DNA of 64,000 nt, taken from positions 96,001-160,000 of the forward strand of contig CAXXJS010000010.1 of assembly GCA_963662665.2 (NCBI GenBank), in the 5' to 3' direction. Position 1 is the first letter of the stretch, and each line of letters begins with the position of its first letter. The DNA is from Candidatus Latescibacterota bacterium. GTDB taxonomy: Bacteria > Latescibacterota > UBA2968 > GCA-2709665. Shown in pieces: positions 1 through 11,562 of the stretch. Under the pieces are notes generated by a model. That model had not been told where the DNA came from, made no database searches, and worked only from the letters and a program-made list of their open reading frames with translations. The position numbers were made by a program, and so were the translations under genes.

Positions 1-1477
1 CGAGGAGGATGGTGGCAAAGGCAGTCCGTTCGGGCTCGGTCATAATCGGCTCTCCCCAGACAACGCCGCAGGCCGCCAGGTGATGCGCGAGCCGGTACCC
101 GAAACGCCCCACGAGATTGGGGCTGACGCCGTGGTCCAGGATCATGCGGAAGATTTCGGGATACACCGTGCGGTCGAAATCGCGGAATTTGCGGTTGGGG
201 TTGGTCCGCCAAAGGCGCAACGGCTGCTCCAGCAGGCTGAACCAGCGGCCGTCATCGGGTTCCCAATCGAGTTGCCGGAGGCACATCCCCACAATATTCG
301 GGTCGCCGCCGCACCCGGCCGCCCAGAGCATCTTCTCCGCGAGCGAAGGGTCGTTGTGGAGGGCAACGGCAGCGGCCGACGTCTCGGCTTCGAGTCCGGC
401 AGTGGTGTGATCCAGGATCCCGCCGTATCGAAACAGCAGTCCCTTCATCCGGTCGTCGCGGTTGTTGTACGCCGCGCCCACGGGATTGGCGCTGGCATAG
501 ATGCTGGCATTCGGATCCGCGCCGTTTTCGAGCAGGAGTTCGGCGATTTCATACCGGGAATTGCCCGCCGCATTGGACAGGGGCCCACCCCACGAATACG
601 GCCTGGATTCGTAGTGGTGCAACTGATGCCGGTCGTCCGGGTGCAGACCCAGGTCGAGCAGCAGGCGTACCATGTCGATATCGTCGTTCTGGACGGCGAT
701 CTGCAGAAGCCCGTCCCGCTCGCTGTCGTTGGACTGAAAGCGTTCGGGATGTTCCTTCGCGAACGCGCGAACGAAGTCGAAATCGCCAAGTGCGACCGCG
801 GACTCGATCGACTGCTCGCATCCCGCCTGCAGAAGGATGCCCGTGCAGATCAGACACCCTTCGTTGAGCGGCCTGTTGCGACCGCGCACATTAAGGACCG
901 CGCCGTCCAGGGGCGATTGGCCCTCGGGCGTGAGATGGGTGATATCGGCGCCCCGATCGAGCAGTTCGCGGACCAGCCGGTAACGGCCGTGCGACGCGGC
1001 CGCGTGAATCACGCTGCCGCCATTTCGATGACACGCATCCAGCAGTTCGGGCTGACGGTCCAGGATGTTGAGCGCGGCCTGCTCCCGCCCCTCCCGGACG
1101 GCCTCGAACAGCGCATCGTTCTCGTCGGTGATGGTGATATTCTTGCACGCGGCCAGCTTGCGCTTTTCGTCCTCCGCCCTGATCACGTGGACGATGTCGT
1201 CCAGGCCGCGTTCTCTCGCCATCGTAAACGCGCCGGTGGCGTCGCGGTGGGGATAGATGCCCGAGTTGTGGTCTGCACCGGCTTCCATGAGAACGCGAAC
1301 CGCATCGGCGTGCCGGTTCATCACCGCGTAGTGAATCGCGCGGTGTTCGTTGTTTTCAGCCATGTGTACGTTCACCAGATCGGGCTGCTCGTCAAGTATC
1401 TGCCTGATCCGCGAGACGTCGCCGCTGCCTGCCGCCTTACATAGATCCGCGACCCTGTAAGTTCCGTTGCCGGCCAT
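1..1477 (-). CDS. Ankyrin-repeat protein (3' end runs off the window)
   Basis: Not in the ORF track (no stop in window). Manual translation from ATG 1477: MAGNGTYRVADLCKAAGSGDVSRIRQILDEQPDLVN...AIHYAVMNRHADAVRVLMEAGAD...VIHAAASHGRYRLVRELLDRGAD...IAELLLENGADPN, i.e. repeated ankyrin motifs. GAAAGGAA SD upstream. Confidence 0.85.
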   Translation of the reverse strand, partial: MAGNGTYRVADLCKAAGSGDVSRIRQILDEQPDLVNVHMAENNEHRAIHYAVMNRHADAVRVLMEAGADHNSGIYPHRDATGAFTMARERGLDDIVHVIRAEDEKRKLAACKNITITDENDALFEAVREGREQAALNILDRQPELLDACHRNGGSVIHAAASHGRYRLVRELLDRGADITHLTPEGQSPLDGAVLNVRGRNRPLNEGCLICTGILLQAGCEQSIESAVALGDFDFVRAFAKEHPERFQSNDSERDGLLQIAVQNDDIDMVRLLLDLGLHPDDRHQLHHYESRPYSWGGPLSNAAGNSRYEIAELLLENGADPNASIYASANPVGAAYNNRDDRMKGLLFRYGGILDHTTAGLEAETSAAAVALHNDPSLAEKMLWAAGCGGDPNIVGMCLRQLDWEPDDGRWFSLLEQPLRLWRTNPNRKFRDFDRTVYPEIFRMILDHGVSPNLVGRFGYRLAHHLAACGVVWGEPIMTEPERTAFATILL

Positions 1478-1587
1478 TTCTGTTCCTTTCCGGGTTGCCC
1501 GTCATCCAATTTCGCCAGCGAAGCCTTCGCCGCCTGCGAAACACCTGAATTCGAACTGCAGAAACCGCAAGCCCCACCGAAAACAGC

Positions 1588-2145
1588 TCAAAGACCGTAC
1601 TCGAAGGTGAGTTCGCTCTTCACATCCGTTTTCTCGACACTCCCTTTGATATCCTCCATCATCTCCAGCCACCTGTGTTCCCTGAAATTCTCAAAGTCAA
1701 GGACGAATCCGGGTAGCGCTCTGCTCTCGATCCGGCCGGCCGGCTCCTGCCCCAGGACCTCGAACTTCCCGCCTCGAAGCTGGTACCACGTTGCCGGTTT
1801 GCCGTTCTCCACGAATAACGCCTCCTGGACGCCGGAAGCTTCGTAAACCTGGCGCTTCTTGCCCAGATCCGTAAATCCATGCTTGGATTCGATTTCAAGC
1901 ACGAAATTGGGCGGCCCCTCGTAGACCTGGTGATCGTGGTTCTTCTTGCAGATTTGTCGGGGACCGTTTCTTCGCACGATCACGCCTACGTTCGGATAAA
2001 CCATAACATCCGTCTTACCGGCATAGCTGAGCCGTACCGGTGGGAAGAGGACCACGTCCATACCTGTAGCAATCATCCGGTAGTAATTGATCACGGTAAG
2101 CACGTCCGTATGATATCGCGACACGTTCGCATCGGGTATCCACAT
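1588..2145 (-). CDS. Uma2/DUF820-family putative endonuclease
   Basis: GPPNFVLEIES...DLGKKRQVYEASGVQE...IESRALPGFVLD matches the Uma2 pattern; GGAGGGAGGA SD before ATG. Confidence 0.75.
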   Translation of the reverse strand: MWIPDANVSRYHTDVLTVINYYRMIATGMDVVLFPPVRLSYAGKTDVMVYPNVGVIVRRNGPRQICKKNHDHQVYEGPPNFVLEIESKHGFTDLGKKRQVYEASGVQEALFVENGKPATWYQLRGGKFEVLGQEPAGRIESRALPGFVLDFENFREHRWLEMMEDIKGSVEKTDVKSELTFEYGL

Positions 2146-2226
2146 GACTATCCTCCCTCCACGTCAATTCCGTTCGTAGTCATCCGGGTTCCTTTCTCAA
2201 TAAGCTCTCTATCCGGCTGGACGTTC

Positions 2227-4632
2227 TTATTCGTGGCGCAGAGCCTCGATGGGATTGGCGCTGGAGGCTCTATAGCACTGGAATCCGACAACCAGTAACG
2301 TGGCGAGAACAGATCCCAGTGCAGTGAAAGCAAAGGGAAAAAGGCCCATGTTTGCGCGATAGGCGAAATCCTGCAGCCATTCCTGCATGAGGACATAGGC
2401 AAACGGCCAGGCGATGAGATTGGCGATAAGCACCAGTTTTGTGAATTCGGCGCCCAACAGGACCGCGATTTCGCCGATGGATGCTCCGAAGACTTTGCGA
2501 ATGCCGATCTCTTTCCGGCGGCGTTCGCTCGTGTAGGCGGCAAGGCCAAGCAGGCCAATTGATGCGATGAGAAACGAGACTCCGAATCCAACCGCAAATA
2601 TGCGTTGGAAGCGCAGATATTTTCCGTAATTCACCTCCAGCCGGTCATCGAGAAACGCATACATGATTGGACGAACCGGGATAAAGGTCTTCCAGATTTC
2701 TTCGAGGCCCTGCATGGTTTCGCCGGCGTTTCCGGCGGCGAGCCGCAAGTTGACCACACGAAATGAACGTGGGCGCAAAACGAAGGCATTGGCGCGAAGT
2801 CTCTCGGTCAGCCGGCGCATGTGAAAGTCCTCTACAACGCCGATGATCCAGCCTTCATTATCGAGAAGCTTGAACGGTTTACCAACGGGATTCTCAAGTC
2901 CGAGTTTCTCCACCGCTGTTTCGTTGAGAATATATGCACTTTCAAAATCACTCCTGATGTCAGCGGAAAAATTGCGCCCCGCAACGAGATCAACCCCGAT
3001 CATGGGAAATAGATCCTCGTCAATGGCGTATTGCCGGATCTCGAAAGCAGCGCCCGATGGATCCAGGACCATTTTCCTTCTGCTTGTCCAGCCTTCGCCC
3101 GGAAGGCTGGCGGATGCGGTGGCAGCGAGCACGTCGGGGTGTTTGAGAAAGCGCTGTTTCACTTCGTTGTAAGTATTTCTCAGCGACCCGTCCACGTCAA
3201 AGATGCGGAGCGCGAGGATGTTCTCTTTCTTGAAACCAAGGTCTTTCTGCAGGACGTAGTCCAGTTGTACAAAGGCGACAAGGGCGACAAAAACAAGAAA
3301 GATGGAGATCGTAAACTGCAAAATCACGAGAACCCTGCGGGGGAATGATCCGCCGGATCCCGAGGCGGTTTGACTGTGCAACGCGGCAATGGGGGAAAAC
3401 CGGCTGAGGAGAAAGGCTGGATACATGCCGGAGAACAGACCGACCAGAACCGTTGCAGCCAGGAGTACAATCGCCATGTCCGGCTCTAGAAATATAGAGA
3501 GTGTACCCGTTTGTCCCACGATTTGTTGCCAGTAAGGCCGGGTTATGCCCGTGAGGATGAGGCACAAGGGCAGTGCGAGAAGGGTGAGCAAAACAGACTC
3601 GAGGAGGAATTGGAATGCCAATTGCCGTTGTCCCGCGCCAACGACCTTTCGCATACCCACTTCCTTGGCCCTCAGGGCCGCCCGCGCGGTAGAGAGATTG
3701 ACAAAGTTGATACAGGCGACGAACAAGACGAGCATGCCGATGGCTGCGAGGGCGCGAACCGCTTTGAGATCGCCGGCGCCAATGCCGGTACCCGGACCGC
3801 CGATGCCTTCGGGAAAATCTTCACGGCCATAGAGACGCGTACGCAAGAGTGATTGCAGGCGATGGCTGGTTGTGTTTTCCGGGTTTTCTTCGGGTATGAC
3901 CAGCGCACGCAATTTCTGCTCGGCTCGTTCCGGGTCCGCATCCTTGCGCAGACGGACAAAGGTTTGCACCCACCGAAATGAGGTGCGGAGTTCCCAGTCG
4001 GACCAGGCGCCCCGGACGCTTGCCGGCAGGGTTGCGGTTACAAAGTGGGGATTAAAATGCGTGTTTCGAGGCTGCTCGTCTAAAATTCCAGTAACAATGT
4101 AATCGCCCCACTGACCTTTGAGCACTTTGCCCATGGGGTCTACCCCGTTCGGGAAGAATTCGGCAACGGCTTCTTGCGAAATGACCACGCCGCCGGGGTG
4201 TGTGAGAGCCTTGTGGAGATCGCCGCGCGCTAAATTGATCCCCCAGAATACGAGATAGTTGGGATCGGCGTACCAGAAGGAACGGCGTTGCGCAAACTGG
4301 CGATATTGCACCCACCGATGGCCGGGACGGATGCGGTTGGCAGATTCAATTTCGGCAATGGATTCGATCATTCTCGGGGTGAGCGCACCGTGAGAATCGA
4401 TCTGATAATCCATTTTGTAGGGGGTGGTCAATTGCCGCAATACCCGATAGGTGCGATCGGCCCCGGGGCGGAACGTGTCGAAGCTGGTTTCGTGGGCAAC
4501 GTAGAGCCACGTGAGGAGCATGCACGTGAGACCGACGCTCAGGCCGAGGAGATTGGCCAGAATATACCATCGCTGGCGGATAATTTGCCGGACGGCGACT
4601 TTGAGAAAGTTGTATAGGATGGTTGAACTCAA
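2227..4632 (-). CDS. MacB/FtsX-type duplicated ABC transporter permease (ADOP-like, no adjacent ATPase)
   Basis: ACINFVNLSTARAALRAKEVGMRKVVGA and RRRKEIGIRKVFGAS motifs; C-terminal ANPIEALRHE; 801 aa. Start codon uncertain. Confidence 0.9.
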   Translation of the reverse strand: MSSTILYNFLKVAVRQIIRQRWYILANLLGLSVGLTCMLLTWLYVAHETSFDTFRPGADRTYRVLRQLTTPYKMDYQIDSHGALTPRMIESIAEIESANRIRPGHRWVQYRQFAQRRSFWYADPNYLVFWGINLARGDLHKALTHPGGVVISQEAVAEFFPNGVDPMGKVLKGQWGDYIVTGILDEQPRNTHFNPHFVTATLPASVRGAWSDWELRTSFRWVQTFVRLRKDADPERAEQKLRALVIPEENPENTTSHRLQSLLRTRLYGREDFPEGIGGPGTGIGAGDLKAVRALAAIGMLVLFVACINFVNLSTARAALRAKEVGMRKVVGAGQRQLAFQFLLESVLLTLLALPLCLILTGITRPYWQQIVGQTGTLSIFLEPDMAIVLLAATVLVGLFSGMYPAFLLSRFSPIAALHSQTASGSGGSFPRRVLVILQFTISIFLVFVALVAFVQLDYVLQKDLGFKKENILALRIFDVDGSLRNTYNEVKQRFLKHPDVLAATASASLPGEGWTSRRKMVLDPSGAAFEIRQYAIDEDLFPMIGVDLVAGRNFSADIRSDFESAYILNETAVEKLGLENPVGKPFKLLDNEGWIIGVVEDFHMRRLTERLRANAFVLRPRSFRVVNLRLAAGNAGETMQGLEEIWKTFIPVRPIMYAFLDDRLEVNYGKYLRFQRIFAVGFGVSFLIASIGLLGLAAYTSERRRKEIGIRKVFGASIGEIAVLLGAEFTKLVLIANLIAWPFAYVLMQEWLQDFAYRANMGLFPFAFTALGSVLATLLVVGFQCYRASSANPIEALRHE

Positions 4633-4706
4633 TGTTGGGCGTTGAGGACCCGTTTAACGACAAGATACGGAGTGACGGTGTGGTATCCCGCGGGGGCTGG
4701 TGACAT
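4629..4706 (-). pseudogene. 25-codon N-terminal remnant of a VOC/glyoxalase (PhnB-like) gene
   Basis: AAGGAGG SD, then MSPAPAGYHTVTPYLVVKRVLNAQH*. GYHTVTPYL is the typical N-terminus of PhnB-like VOC proteins. Confidence 0.6.
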
Positions 4707-4725
4707 GGTTCGCCTCCTTGTGCAT

Positions 4726-5514
4726 CTATGCATCCCAAACGTAGACTTTCTTGTGATAGACGGTCTCAAATCCATTGCGTTCGAGGTTGCCCAGAGATGT
4801 CTTCAGCACCTCCAGGGTCTCGCTACAGGCCACCCGGCATCCCAGTTCCGCGGCGCGATTCAGACGGGCTCTGATCAGCGCATTCTGGCCGCCCTTTCCT
4901 CTGTACGCCTCCGCGGTGCCGGCCCATCCGAGATAGGCGAAATCGCCATGGTGGACGAGTATCGCGGCGCTGACGGGCGTACCGCCGTCATATGCCACGA
5001 AGCGGTCGAATCCCTCACGATCGACACACTGGAAGAAAAACGAACATGGCCACGGCTCGAATATGCGTAGAATTGCATCCTTCCGGTTTTCGACCTCATG
5101 TCCGGAAACCCGGCGCACGGCCAGGTGGGTCGGGAACGGGGCCACGCTTTCGACGGGACGAATCAGCGTGGGATACGTGGTTCCTTTAAATGGTTTGAGA
5201 CCGCTGTCCCCCAGCCACACGATGATTTCCTCTTCCTGGGGGTTCGGACTCATCCAGAAGAAGAACCGTTGGACCTCCGACGCCTCGAATACGTTCAGTA
5301 TTTCCAATAAATCGGCCCTGGAAACCTTCCTCCCGCATCCGAAAAAATACACGCCGTTTCGATTTGCCGATGGAAAAGGCGATGCGGCGGACGTAGGATC
5401 CAGTGTGACGATGGCGCCTTCAATTGGTACCTGGATCTTCGAACCTGACGGAACGCAGTCGAGTTCCTTCTCCCTGATCGCCATCAATCGCCGCGCAACT
5501 TCATCCGGTCTCAT
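4726..5514 (-). CDS. GNAT family N-acetyltransferase
   Basis: Acetyl-CoA motif A: [25 protein letters not shown], followed by [10 protein letters not shown]. Confidence 0.85.
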   Translation of the reverse strand: MRPDEVARRLMAIREKELDCVPSGSKIQVPIEGAIVTLDPTSAASPFPSANRNGVYFFGCGRKVSRADLLEILNVFEASEVQRFFFWMSPNPQEEEIIVWLGDSGLKPFKGTTYPTLIRPVESVAPFPTHLAVRRVSGHEVENRKDAILRIFEPWPCSFFFQCVDREGFDRFVAYDGGTPVSAAILVHHGDFAYLGWAGTAEAYRGKGGQNALIRARLNRAAELGCRVACSETLEVLKTSLGNLERNGFETVYHKKVYVWDA

Positions 5515-5529
5515 GTCGGTGGGCGAAAC

Positions 5530-8400
<2,871 letters not shown>

Positions 8401-8446
8401 CAATGATCCAATCAGGAATACGAGGGAACGAAAGAACGGGATTACC

Positions 8447-8518
8447 CCTTTCCGTCTTCTCGTCTTCTCGCCTTTCCGTCTTCTCGTCTTCTCGCCTCTT
8501 CGTCTTCTCGTCTTCTCG
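8447..8518. repeat. Tandem repeat, 3 x 24 bp (CCTTTCCGTCTTCTCGTCTTCTCG) built from an 8-bp CGTCTTCT-like unit
   Basis: Directly visible; units at 8447-8470, 8471-8494 and 8495-8518 (third has 2 mismatches). Confidence 0.95.
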
Positions 8519-8519
8519 T

Positions 8520-9458
8520 CTACAGGAGTTCGACGCTGTCACCATCATAATAGTAGGCGGGTTCTTCAACTTCAATCCTGCTCTTCTCGGTCAGGTGGAC
8601 CGGACTCGACAGTTTCTGGATGATTTCCTGCCGGACAAGCCATTCACAGGCTGCCTCGAGGCCGCCGCCCTGGATCTTCTTTTGAAAATAGTCGCTGATT
8701 TCCGAAAATTTGCGCACTTCGGACGATTCCGCGAGGTAGTCCAGAAGAGGACGAAACAGGTCGCAGGTCTTTTTCTCAAGATAGTCGTTGACCAGATCGA
8801 GTACGCGTTTGACGGAGTCGCGAGTCTTGACCTGACTGACGAAATCCGTGTAGATAGCATTGAATAACTGCGGATTGTATTTGAGCGCCTGATGGACCAC
8901 CTCCCGGCCGGGCGCTTCGTTGTGCATGAGCACCTGGATCGATGCCAGTTCTCTGACGACCTGCATGAGCCACCAGAAGCTGTATTCGAAGTCTTTTTTC
9001 AGGTAAAAGTACTTCTCGGCTTTATTGAGCGACGGTATCAGGAAGGAAGCGTATCTCATCAGTTGAAATGCGCGGTCTCGCGTTCCAATGCGATCGAAGG
9101 CATGGTACCACTTCGCCACGGACTCGTCTCTTGTAAAGAGAAGGGTGCTATTCGAAAACGTAAAATCCAGCCATCCGCCGGCGAGGTCGCCCTCGATGCG
9201 GCGTTTGAAAACGCTGCGGGAAACCCGTTGCGCCTGGATATTGACGTCGTCTTCACAGAGTGTGACGTGTCCTTCTTTCACGCCATCCTGCATGATGATC
9301 CACAGGTCGATGTCCGAGTTCACCCAGACTTCGTCGTAGGACAGACTGCCGAACAGAATGGCAGCGAGTACCCACCGGTCATTCTCGAGCTTCGCGACCA
9401 GAGACGACAGCGCACTCCGGTAACGATTCTCGACAGATTCGCGTTCGGCGACGGGCAT
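8520..9458 (-). CDS. Pol-beta superfamily nucleotidyltransferase-domain protein
   Basis: [21 protein letters not shown] matches the hG[GS]x9-13DhD motif; GGAGA SD before ATG 9458. Confidence 0.8.
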   Translation of the reverse strand: MPVAERESVENRYRSALSSLVAKLENDRWVLAAILFGSLSYDEVWVNSDIDLWIIMQDGVKEGHVTLCEDDVNIQAQRVSRSVFKRRIEGDLAGGWLDFTFSNSTLLFTRDESVAKWYHAFDRIGTRDRAFQLMRYASFLIPSLNKAEKYFYLKKDFEYSFWWLMQVVRELASIQVLMHNEAPGREVVHQALKYNPQLFNAIYTDFVSQVKTRDSVKRVLDLVNDYLEKKTCDLFRPLLDYLAESSEVRKFSEISDYFQKKIQGGGLEAACEWLVRQEIIQKLSSPVHLTEKSRIEVEEPAYYYDGDSVELL

Positions 9459-9583
9459 GGATTCTCCACGTTTCGTATTAGTGAGGGGCAGAAGTCCATG
9501 TATAATCAGGTTCGAATCAGGTGTCAAGGTCAATTCCCTGAATTCGCCGTTCTCCCGTCGGATGCTTTCCGGCTTCCGTTCTC

Positions 9584-9612
9584 TTGACGAAACCGAACGT
9601 TTCCGGTATATT
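9584..9612 (+). promoter_or_regulatory. Sigma70-type promoter for the RAPP uORF / metal-uptake operon
   Basis: TTGACG-17 bp-TATATT. Confidence 0.65.
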
Positions 9613-9660
9613 TATAGGTGTAACCAGCTTTGGACTTGTACTCTCCCGGAGACGGTAGGG

Positions 9661-9939
9661 ATGTTTTCTTCCTCCAGACAGATTCATCCTCTTTTTTTGT
9701 TCGCTCTGGCGATATTCGCGGCCTACCTCGCGATATTTTTGCTCACCGCGTACCCCGAACACGACCACGACCAACAACAATGTACTGTCTGCGCCTGGTT
9801 GAATAGCTTGAGCGTCGTTTTGCCGGCAGTACTGGCGGTTCAATTCTGCTTTCTGCACTTCCGTCAATTGTTCTCCTCGCGCCGCGTACTTCGCACTTCC
9901 TTCCTTCTTCCCGACGGACGCGCACCTCCCGTGTCCTGA
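9661..9939 (+). CDS. DUF2946-like (CruR/CutF-like) leader protein with CxxC and C-terminal RAPP arrest motif
   Basis: 92 aa: N-terminal hydrophobic segment, HDHDQQQCTVC, C-terminal DGRAPPVS*; lies upstream of a TonB-dependent receptor operon. Confidence 0.8.
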   Translation: MFSSSRQIHPLFLFALAIFAAYLAIFLLTAYPEHDHDQQQCTVCAWLNSLSVVLPAVLAVQFCFLHFRQLFSSRRVLRTSFLLPDGRAPPVS

Positions 9940-10246
9940 TCCATCCTCCCGTGTCGTCAAGACACGCCTTTCGACGTTTCAAAATATATTCCAACTTAAG
10001 TAACTCCGGCTCGGGCCTTTGCCCGAATCTGCACATGCGGGAACCCGGGATTATCCTGCGTTCGGGTGGACGTTAGTCCGCCGACCGGCATTGTGCCATC
10101 CCCGCCTCTCTCCGGAGGTCGTCCGCCGCCTGAGGCATCGGCCTGTCGCCAGTATGTCGACAGATACGAATCATGCCAACCAGGGAGGGCGGACGTCCAC
10201 GCGAGGTTCGCGACAGAATGAAATACTGGCATATAGGAGAACATTG

Positions 10247-11497
10247 ATGTTCAGCACGCTGAAAATGCAACAATCCCCTCTGTTAATCGCAGCGGCGGCG
10301 GTAGCGGTAATCCTGGCCGGTTGCGGAAAAGACGACCCCATTACGCCACAGGAAGAACATTACGAAGCCGAAGGCCTCGTCCTCCTCGACTCCGGCCAGC
10401 GGTTCTTCCGATATTTCCAGGGCAGGATAGACTCGGGCGACGGCCGGGCGGAAGCCCTGGAAGTCACTCACGGCGAAGTCACCGGCAAGTGGAGCATCCG
10501 CTTCCTGGACAGGGACGGAAACGAAATGGCCCCGCCCACCGGCGAGGGCTTCACGTTCACGTGGGAAATTGCGGACAAGTCAATTGTGGAAGTCGTCCAG
10601 GACGCGGCGGAAGCGGGCCAATTCGTCTTCGCCCTGCGCGGCCTCGAAGATGGCGAAACCACCATCAGGCTTCAGATTTCGCACGAAGGGCACGTGGACT
10701 TTACCACGCTGCCAATCCCGGTGCACGTGGTAGGAGAGTTTGAGGCCGAAGGGATTGTTATCATCGAGTCCGGCGTTCGATTCTTCCGTTATTTCCAGGG
10801 CGAGATCGACTCAAACGAAGGTCGGGTATCGGAACTCTCGGCCCCAATCGGCCTGACGCCCCACTGGCGCATCGCGTTTCTGGATGAACACGGCGAAGAA
10901 ATAGATCCCCCGGACGATCCCGAATTCTCGTTCGCCTGGATCATTGCCGACTCCGACATCCTCGAAGTCCACCAGGACGAGGGCGACGAGGGTTCGTTCG
11001 ACTTCCACCTGCGCGGCTTGCAGGAGGGCGAAACCACCATTGTATTTGGAGTCAGACACGAAGGTCACATCGACTACCGCACCCTACCCATTCCCGTACA
11101 CGTGGAGTCACAGGAGGGCCAGCACGGCGAACCCGTGGGCGTGCGGCTTAAGGAAGAAGACAGCGGCGAAGTGCTGGTGGAGGCGCCCGTGGCGGGCGAA
11201 GGCACAGCCAGCGATGCGCTGTCGGTAGCCGTTGGCGATACAACCGACCACATCGCCACGTTCTTCTTTGATGAACACGACGTGGAATTCCAGCCGGAAG
11301 CACCCGACGAGACGCTGGGTATTGCGGTGGGCGACACCTCGTTGCTCGCCATCGATCCGCCTGTCGCGCCCGAATACTGGGCCTTCAGACTCATCGGCAA
11401 AAAGGCCGGCACGACCACCATAACCCTTTCCACTCTCCACGACGGTGAGGCGGAAGACACGTTCGCGCCAATTTCGGTGGAGATCACCGCACCGTAG
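10247..11497 (+). CDS. Acidic lipoprotein with tandem ~126-aa repeats and HEGH motifs (putative metal-binding surface lipoprotein)
   Basis: AGGAGA SD; lipobox ILAG-C; two repeats (EAEG..RFFRYFQG..HEGH..TLPIPVHV) plus a degenerate third. Confidence 0.8.
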   Translation: MFSTLKMQQSPLLIAAAAVAVILAGCGKDDPITPQEEHYEAEGLVLLDSGQRFFRYFQGRIDSGDGRAEALEVTHGEVTGKWSIRFLDRDGNEMAPPTGEGFTFTWEIADKSIVEVVQDAAEAGQFVFALRGLEDGETTIRLQISHEGHVDFTTLPIPVHVVGEFEAEGIVIIESGVRFFRYFQGEIDSNEGRVSELSAPIGLTPHWRIAFLDEHGEEIDPPDDPEFSFAWIIADSDILEVHQDEGDEGSFDFHLRGLQEGETTIVFGVRHEGHIDYRTLPIPVHVESQEGQHGEPVGVRLKEEDSGEVLVEAPVAGEGTASDALSVAVGDTTDHIATFFFDEHDVEFQPEAPDETLGIAVGDTSLLAIDPPVAPEYWAFRLIGKKAGTTTITLSTLHDGEAEDTFAPISVEITAP

Positions 11498-11562
11498 CAG
11501 GAAGCGCGGCGGGAGGGTGGTTCTTGCCCTCCCGCCGGCTGCAACGCGGGAGTACAATCCAG

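Noticed and set aside
80-1444. 454-aa plus-strand ORF
   Set aside because: Antisense shadow of the minus-strand ankyrin-repeat gene; no recognisable motifs.
8447-8518. Possible CRISPR array
   Set aside because: Repeats are contiguous with no spacers, and there are no cas genes in the window.
9617-9636. Zur/Fur-like palindrome (TGTAA-N6-TTGGA) near the RAPP promoter
   Set aside because: Too degenerate to call without a lineage-specific motif.
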